NCBI RefSeq assembly: GCF_006345805.1
Contig: NC_043006.1
Coordinates: forward strand, 96,658,001-96,722,000
Length of the DNA: 64,000 bases
Direction of reading: 5' to 3'
Source: Octopus sinensis
Taxonomy: Eukaryota
The notes under the pieces are model-generated. The model did not search any database. It saw only the letters and a list, made by a program, of their open reading frames with translations, and had not been told where the DNA came from. This document shows positions 55,450 to 64,000 of this stretch, in pieces. The first letter of the stretch is position 1, and each line of letters begins with the position of its first letter. Made by a program: the position numbers and the translations under genes.

Positions 55450-56190
55450 CATGATAACAGCACTTTATGAATTTGATTATCAATTGGTGATTCTTAAAGG
55501 GAACACTTTCAAATAAGCATATATTACAGATGTGGAGATGGTCTTTGATATTGTTTGAAATTTTGACTGCTATCAGTATATTCGGGACAACGCTGGTATC
55601 TACAACGTCCCTAACTGGTCCTATACTGACCACGATATTACCTGCTGATGCAAATGTGTATATATGGAATCCATCAGCTAACAAGGCTTTTGACTTCAAA
55701 GTGTCCCAGTGATAAAAAAGAAATCTAGGTTGTATGTTTACATAAATAGGACAGAGCTGAAAAGCTGATGAAAATGGTTAGGTAGCCTCTGGTCATTTGT
55801 TACTTATTTATTAATTAATACCCTCCTTGTATTGAGCGTCTACTCATATAAGCGGGCAAAGCAGAGAATGTGAGACAATTTACAGCTTGCTTATGTTGTG
55901 CATCATAGGTATACTGGGTTTTAACCACTGCTCCAATGACTTTTTTAAATTCCTCTAAGAAAGAAAAGTGAAGGTAGAGAAGGAAGTGCTATCTCCCAGT
56001 GAATTCGTGAATATATGAGTAACTTTCGCCAAAATAGTTTAAGTGAATACTCTAAGTGTGCGCTTATAGATTGGAGATCAGCAGAGATGATTCAGACCTT
56101 TAAGTAGTCTAGATAATCCTGGATCTGTGGGATTCATTGCCTGGCCCTAGTTGGAGTTTCTCTTGTATTCGGAGAATTGCTTCATTTATG
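55450..56190 (-). mobile_element. Decayed DIRS/Ngaro-like tyrosine-recombinase coding remnant
   Basis: Minus-strand pieces NPTDPGLSRLLKGL...KRTLRVFT*TILAKV and LCPIYVNIQPRFLFYHWDTLKSKALLADGF...SIGPVRDVVDTSVVPNILI follow the order of YR motifs (DPT..LLKG..R.PIT..IL; LCPV...LF.HWDG...AL...GF...RIGAAT...GVP..LI). Multiple stops; aligned by eye. Confidence 0.55.
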
Positions 56191-56210
56191 TTGTCACACA
56201 TTTTGTATAC

Positions 56211-56674
56211 TATTCTTTTATTCTTTTATTCTTTTATTCTTTTACTTGCTTCAGTCATTTGACTGCGGCCATGCTGGAGCACCGCGTTTAGTCGAAGAAA
56301 TCTACCCAAGGACTATGTAAAGCATAGTACTTATCCTATCGGCCTCTTTTGCCGAACTGGGGGACATTAACGCACCAGCATATGATGTCAAGCGATGGCG
56401 AAGGGAAAAAACATAGACATAGAAACAGACAGGCAGGCACACACACATACACACACACACACACACACACGCACACAAACACACACACTCATACACACAG
56501 AAACATACAAACAGGCTGGCACACACACAAACACACACTCACACACACTCACACAAATATTGGTCGGCCCTTGGCTATAGTAGAAGATACTTGCCCAAGG
56601 TGCTACGCAGTGGGACTGAACCCAGAGCCATGTGGTTGGAAAGCAAGCTTCTTACCACATTGTCACACCTGCGC
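56211..56674 (-). mobile_element. SINE family B, full length, diverged
   Basis: Matches the other family B copies. Confidence 0.85.
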
Positions 56675-56754
56675 TTATACTTATATCACATTTCACTGTC
56701 TTTTCCATTTTTTCTCCCTATCCTTTATGTAAATCTCCGCGCAAACTTTTTTCA

Positions 56755-57160
56755 GCGGCGAGCTGGCAGAAACGTTAGCACGCTGGGTGAAAAAAATGCT
56801 TAACGGTATTTCGTCTGCCGTTACGTTCTGAGTTCAAATTCCGCCGAGGCCGACTTTGATTTTCATCCTTTCGGGGTCGATAAATTAAGTACCAGTTACG
56901 CACTGGAGTCGATGTAATCGACTTAATCCGTTTGTCTGTCCTTGTTTGTCCTGTCTGTGTTTAGCCCCTTGTAGGTAGTAAAGAAATATGTATTTCGTCT
57001 ATCTTTACGTTCTGATTGCAAATTCTGCGGAGATCGACTTTGCTTTTCATCTTCTCGTGGTCGATTAAATAAGTACCAGTTGCGTACAGTGGTCGATGTA
57101 ATCGACTGGCTCTCTCCCCCCAAAATTCGGGCCTGGTGCCTAGAGTAGAAAAGAAATTGC
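56755..57160 (+). mobile_element. SINE family A dimer (head-body-tail1-body-tail2)
   Basis: Same architecture as 1811-2217. Confidence 0.85.
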
Positions 57161-57232
57161 ATTCTGTTCTTCTTATGCCCTTCCTCATTCATACCTTGTG
57201 GCTAATAAAATAAATTATTATTACTATTATCC

Positions 57233-57374
<142 letters not shown>

Positions 57375-58189
57375 CATCATCATTTCTGTGTGTATGTGTG
57401 TGTTTGTAGTCTTCCACTCTTTACAAGCGGTATCTTAGGAAAGAAAAGTTTGTGGTTTCCAAGGAGCTTTTAAATAACAATGAATCCCTTACATAACAAT
57501 TCGTAAATTTTAAAATGCTGGAATACTCCTGGGTTTAAATTTTGTAGCCAGACTACGCACATTGAAATACAACACTTCATGTTTATTTATTCATAAGGCA
57601 CGCTGTATTAGTTCCTACAGTTATTAATAGCGTTAGTATATAGTTTGTAATATACAGAGTAACGGACCAGAACTACTTCCGCCATATATATCATATTATA
57701 ATCTGAGTGTACTTCAGGGTTACTGGTAAACGCTGACATACACGCTTGATTGTAAGTCTTAACGCTGTAGTTAACGCACGCAGTCATACACATACACCCA
57801 TATACATGCACACACGCATCAACTAACATTTTCACATGCAGACACACATACACACTTAAAGAAACAGAGAAAAACCGAAACCAAGAAGACTGCTAGTCAG
57901 CACAATTATTATTTATTATTTTACTAGTAAAATTTCTTAAGTAGATGTGTCACAGCGTAATTTTACTGATAAATAATTGTTATTGAAGTTACGTTGACAA
58001 ACACTGCAAGGAAAAGGAACAAAATATAAATGTTGAAACACCTCTTCTTCAGCCGTGCGTACCAGATGTCATCGTGATTTTGATCCTGACGTAGTCTGGC
58101 CCTCATCTCATAGAATCATTGATTTTAAACAATCAGCCAGGAAGGAGGAGAGACCGGTGATTTCACGTGTAATTAAATATATACATATG

Positions 58190-58255
<66 letters not shown>

Positions 58256-61200
58256 CACACACAAGAGCTCCACTCTCACAATGAAATTATGGCAATGAGC
58301 CGAGTTTTGCATCTACATTGCATTAGTTCGCAAAATATCATGAACGTACGAGGGATTTCTTCAAACAGTAAATCCCAGTAACTTTCGCAACTAATTTCGC
58401 GTGTATTGTATCTACCTTGATTTTTTTTTACCTTATGATTTTCTATTAACAAACCTCTTTAGATATTCTTGTTAGTATTTAAGGAATTCTATTTAGAATT
58501 ATAGTACTGATAACTAATGTATTTTTCTGTCTATGTACAGTACTGGATTGAATTATTTTTATTGCAAGGCTCCTCGTTGTGAATGCATGGAGAAACAACG
58601 GGCGAGCGTTGTACTTATATGACCAATCTGATAGCTTGGTTCATAAAGTTTACAGCTCCAAGTTTGTATGGGAATGTAAATATTATACTTAGCAGTTTGA
58701 AGTGTGTTCTGTTCTTTTTCGGTCAATGAGGTTTTGCGTTTTGGTGTCTTTGTAATATATTTTGACAGAATAAGAATATATTAGTTCTAAAGTTTTGGCA
58801 CTAAGCCAGTAATCTCGGAGCAGGGGTAAAAAAAAGTTGATTGCATTGACCCCAGTGTTCAACTGGTACTTATTTTGTCGAAGTCAACCTCAGCAGAATT
58901 TGAACTTAGAACGTAAAGACGGACGAAATGCTATTTAGTATCTTGCACGTCGTGCTAATAACTCTGCCAGCGACCTGCCTGGAGTGTAAAAATATACTAC
59001 ACACGAAAGATAATCACACAGAAGAAAACTCATCGATTCTAGTGGCGTCACTAAAACAATATAGGTTTGTGTGTATAGGTGTGTGTAATATATCATGTGT
59101 ATAGCTACGTAGGATTGTAAATAACATATACCAATGTACGATCGTATGCAGATATACATATGCTTAGATATATCGAAGGGTAAGTTTAACTCTCACCAAT
59201 GGTTCATTTTGTGTTAACAACATCTTGTTCTTGACAAGGTTTCTTAACTAGCAAACAGATGAGTTCACCTATCTGCATTTAAGTACTATAACTTGAGTAA
59301 CCCATTACTGTAACTGAAAATCTCAAAACCTTGAACTAAACAAGGAATCTCAATGTAATTCTTCAATCTGCTAGAAATAATAGTTAGACGTCTTAAAAAC
59401 AGAATGGCATACTAAATAATTTACGACCCAATTACAATGTTTATGCTAAAAGTGTTGACCTGATTTTAAATAAGGATAACAGCAACAAAGATTCCCATCC
59501 AGTTAGATCCAAAACAAAACTTTGAGTGATGAAAACACAAACTTTAAAAAGAATCTCACATCTCTCACAGAGTGTTGCCGATACGGAAAGACATAAGCCT
59601 TGCTCTATCTATCCAGGTTGCACCAATAAAATATGGGGTCTTTCGGTACGTCGTTTGGGGACGTAGAGAGAAAAAAATGGTTCTATTCACGTGGCCTCTT
59701 CCTAAGAATAAAAATCACACAACCACTTGAATTTTGGGGAACTCTCTCTTTTCTTTTCTTCTCTCTCCCTCTCTGTTTTGCATGGGCCTGAACGCTGTTT
59801 TGATTTGCCTTTCAAAATTTCTATATGAGGTCCTTATCCGGTTATATTGATATTTTACGGACAGTTGAATAGAATATGCAGAAACCAAGAGCCTTGATTC
59901 TGTACACAGAGATAATTTATTAATGTGATAACGAAACCTGGTTTGATAACCCAATCGATTAAACCCTTTTTATCTTTAAAATAAGAGAGTCCCCAACATT
60001 CAAGTGATCTGTGGGATTTTTATTTTTAAGAAAGCGCTTGGCAAATAGTTACTGCCTCCATTTTCACTCTCCAGGCCCTGGATAGACGTACTGAGTTACC
60101 CCATATTTTATAGACCTCGCCTGGATAGGTAGACCTCAGCTTATAGCCATACGCAGTGGGAACACTCTGTGAGGGATGAGAGTTTTATTAGTTTGTGCTT
60201 TCATAATTCAATGTCTTGTTGACCGTTCTAAGTCCTGTGAATCATTGCTTTTATCTCTATTTATTAAAGTCAGATCAACCCTCATGGGTAATTTATCCCT
60301 TAACCTCTCTATCCTTCCCCTCTCCTCCTGTATCCCAACTCTTCTCATCTTTCTTGCTTCTTGTACCTTCAATCACTTGTTAGCGTACATGTTTCTCCAG
60401 CTAGAAGAATCTCAACACAATTTATTTGGTGATGCACCTTTGTTTAGGAGTTTGCCTTCCTCACCACGAGAGGCTTTCAGATTATCGAGCCTGCATATTT
60501 TAGACACCTAGGTGCAACTTTGATCAAAACGTAAAGAAGGAGCAATAAATATAGCAAGGGATACGGTTCAGCATTTTGATAGTTCCACCAATTCACCATT
60601 CTGAATTGTTTCTTTTTTCGACTCTATAAGTGTGAAGGGCAAGGTAAGCTTCGGCAAGATATGATCTCAGAGAGGAAATCAAACAGCGTGAGATGTACAA
60701 TCCGACGCTCTAACGATTCTGCCAGTCGCTTACCCTCGGGTCAATACGTGTCACATAATTTTCGTGCTTTGCTGTTGCATTACTGAGTCAGGTACGAAAT
60801 GCAAAGTACCGGCTCTTCGGTTGACCAAGTTAAAGGATAAATCTCTCCAATCACTAGCCCCCCCCCCCCACCAAAACAAAAAACTAGATACAATCTTTCA
60901 ATATCTATTCATTTACAACACTCTCGCCTAGAATATATTGCATCAAATTCTTCTAACAATTAAATATTCTGGTACTTTGTCACAGATTTTGAAGCGACAT
61001 CAAAGATCTTCGTTAACCGAGTTACATTTGTGAATGTCTTAAAAATAAGACGAAAGCTATAGTACCCAAGTCTCTTTTGTGACTTGGGGAGAAAGAAAGG
61101 ATGTTCATTTTCGAACTGATGACAAGCTCCGACACAGGAACAAGTCTTGATACTTAACCGGATCGCTAACTAAATTAAATTTTGTTTTATCTATATGCAA

Positions 61201-61660
61201 TTCATAACCTTGAAATAACATCTAACAAAATTTATTTATTTTTTAATATATACAATACCTCGTTATGCGTAAAATTTACTACGAAATTCATAGATTTATC
61301 ATTGTAAATCTGCAAAATTCTGAACAAGTATTATTTTAATGGTCTTAGATAAAATGACAAGAAGATGGGATTATCCCAGTAAAAGTCAGAACGCAAGTGT
61401 TTATTTTTCTGCTATAAATTCACTCATTCATTCATTCATTCATTCATTCATTTATTCTTTCTTCATTTCACTTTGGTTTCTTATCTCTTATTTGTTTTAG
61501 ACGACAAAACTTTAATAACAAACACCTCCAATATATTGCCCACACCCATACACCTCACACCCACATCCACACCCATACACCCACACACATATTTATCTAT
61601 CTGTTTGTATATATATATATATATATTATATATATATATATATATATAATATATATTACA

Positions 61661-61836
61661 CACCAAGTATGTATACGTTTATTAAGATATATATGTTCCT
61701 ATATGAGTTTGTGCGTGTAAGTGTATACATACATACATATATACTAATACATACATACCATACATATATACATATATGCATAATACATGCATACATATAT
61801 GCATACATACTATATACATATAGACATAATACATAC

Positions 61837-61899
<63 letters not shown>

Positions 61900-62090
61900 A
61901 GTATGTATACGTTTATTAAGATATATATGTTCCTATATGAGTTTGTGCGTGTAAGTGTATACATACATACATATATACATAATACATACATACATACATA
62001 TATACATATATGCATAATACATGCATACATATATGCATACATAGATATATACATATAGACATAATACATACATACATATATATATACATA

Positions 62091-62100
<10 letters not shown>
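61661..62100. repeat. Tandem duplication of a ~235-bp (TA)/(TACA)-rich unit
   Basis: caagtatgtatacgtttattaagatatatatgttcctatatgagtttgtgcgtg occurs at ~61665 and ~61898. Confidence 0.9.
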
Positions 62101-62123
<23 letters not shown>

Positions 62124-62643
62124 TAATACATACATACATATATACATATATACATACATACATACATACATACATACATACAAGCAAAAATATTTAGAGA
62201 GGGAGAGATAGAGAGACGGACAGGCAGAGAGACAGGCAGAGAAAGAGAGATGCGTATGTGTGTGTTATTTGACGAATGTGCGTGTAATATTTTTTCTCCT
62301 CCTGTCTTCAATTCTGACGATGTAACTGATTGTTTTATGTGCTAGATTTACACGGATGGCGATTTCTCGACAGACTAAACAGATTAAGGATATTCTTAAC
62401 AAACAGAAGATTAATTTTTATATTCGCCTGTATAAACTAAAACTGTTCTACTCGTATCCTAGCCAGCTTAGCCTTCTTTGAATCCGCCTTTTATTTGATT
62501 ATACGTGTACGTACACGCATCACATACGCACACGCGCACTCACGCACACACACGGTCACACACACGCGCGCGCGATGCTCTATTTGGGGCTTTAAACTCA
62601 CTAGTAGCAGGTAGTCGTACAATATATATATATAAATATATAT

Positions 62644-63181
62644 ATCAACAATCAAGGAACGGCCATAATAGGCCATTCACCCACTAGAAATAACAGCCAA
62701 AGCTTCAACCGCAAATAAAAATTAATTCCGTAAACCAGGAGAAAATTTAAAAAACATTTACCCTGTAATTTCTTATACGATGCACCGTTTCATCTGCTGT
62801 TTAATGGTAAACTAACCTGATTAAATTAAATCAAGCCAATCTTCCTCCATAGGCCTCAGATTCTTCGTAAGAAATAGCCCAAGTCGGACAGATATTTTCA
62901 CGAGGCATTTCGGAAATGCCTCGTGAAAATATCTGTTCCGACTTGGGCTATTTCTTACTGAAGAATCTGAGGGCCTATGGAAGATTGGCTTGATTTAATT
63001 TAATCAGGTTAGTTTACCATTAAACAGCAGATAAACGGTGCATCGTATAAGAAATTACAGGGTAAATGTTTTTTTAAATTTTTCTCCTGGTTTACGGAAT
63101 TAATTTTTATTTGCGGTTGAAGCTTTGGCTGTTACTTCTAGTGGGTGAATGGCCTATTATGGCCGTTCCTTCATTGTTGAT
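62644..63181. repeat. 538-bp near-perfect palindrome centred at 62912
   Basis: Centre ...cacgaggcatttc-g-gaaatgcctcgtg...; the arms align over ~268 bp. Confidence 0.97.
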
Positions 63182-63315
63182 GTTGAACTTAAAAATGTCT
63201 ATGACTATTTAATTTTTTCCCCACTAGGCCGCTGGTGGCAAAAAAATTCTACAAAATTTTTTTGCCACCCTATATTGATTATTATAAATATATATATTAT
63301 ATATATATATATAAT

Positions 63316-63359
<44 letters not shown>

Positions 63360-63633
63360 TATATAGATTGGTAGATAGATATAGATATATACATACTCAC
63401 ACACACAAACACACACATATATACATATATATATATATATTTTATATATATACATATATACATATATGTACACGCATATATATGTGTGTATGGGTGTAAG
63501 TATGTATATATGTATGTAAATCTATCTATATTTCTATCTACCCGCTCCCTTTCTGTATATATATATATATATATGTATACATACATAGTAGCAAAGAAAC
63601 TTTATTAAAAGTCTTGGAATAATAATGATGATG

Positions 63634-63702
<69 letters not shown>

Positions 63703-63855
63703 CACACATACGAGGTGGGGGAGAGGCTGCAAAATTCTTAGTTTCAAGGCTATCGCCAAAGGCCTTGTTGGGCCCCCAACATTCCGAATTCTTTTGTAGG
63801 GCGTAGAAAAACTGAAGGACCGCTGCAATAAGAGTGTGCAACTGTTATTATTATC

Positions 63856-63900
<45 letters not shown>

Positions 63901-64000
63901 GTTATTATTCCTTTTAAGCCTAGTACGTATTCTATCGGTACACACATATACACTCACAAATACATATATATACATAACACAGACGCAGTTATATCTATAC

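Noticed and set aside
55530-55712. Plus-strand 60-aa ORF with a signal-peptide-like start (MWRWSLILFEILTAISIFG), plus a weak cathepsin-like phrase in another frame
   Set aside because: It is the antisense shadow of the open minus-strand frame resembling a tyrosine recombinase. It has no good in-frame donor, and the cathepsin-like frame contains stops.
58053-58156. Plus-strand candidate exon VRTRCHRDFDPDVVWPSSHRIIDFKQSARKEERP
   Set aside because: The apparent acceptor ctcttcttcag is the complement of the ctgaagaagag motif of a probable pseudo-LTR remnant, and the donor is weak.
60075-60128. 54-bp candidate exon after a strong acceptor
   Set aside because: The sequence resembles a decayed reverse-strand family A SINE body, and the donor gtagac is weak.

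Overview
A repeat-saturated, very AT-rich animal genomic window with no confidently identifiable host gene. The repertoire of tRNA-derived SINEs and the extreme density of (TA)n, (TAA)n, (TACA)n and (TATC)n microsatellites suggest an octopus/cephalopod genome (inference from recalled repeat families, not from a search). Almost every ORF in the supplied track is a microsatellite translation. The real protein homology is all from decayed mobile elements: five R4/Dong-clade non-LTR fragments beside (TAA)n arrays, two L1/Tx1-clade 3' fragments, one Penelope-like element (RT + GIY-YIG), a decayed DIRS/Ngaro-like tyrosine recombinase, and a pogo/Tigger HTH remnant. There are also four non-autonomous Helitron-like copies, at least three SINE families and a 100-N scaffold gap at 50458-50557. 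I found no convincing novel multi-gene system. The most unusual signals are structural: a 538-bp near-perfect palindrome, three other fold-back inverted duplications (one at a SINE insertion junction), a stereotyped SINE dimer/trimer junction at three loci, hammerhead-like motifs in Penelope LTR remnants, Helitrons with interchangeable interiors, and a young ~630-bp triplication. A few isolated candidate exons are listed at low confidence.
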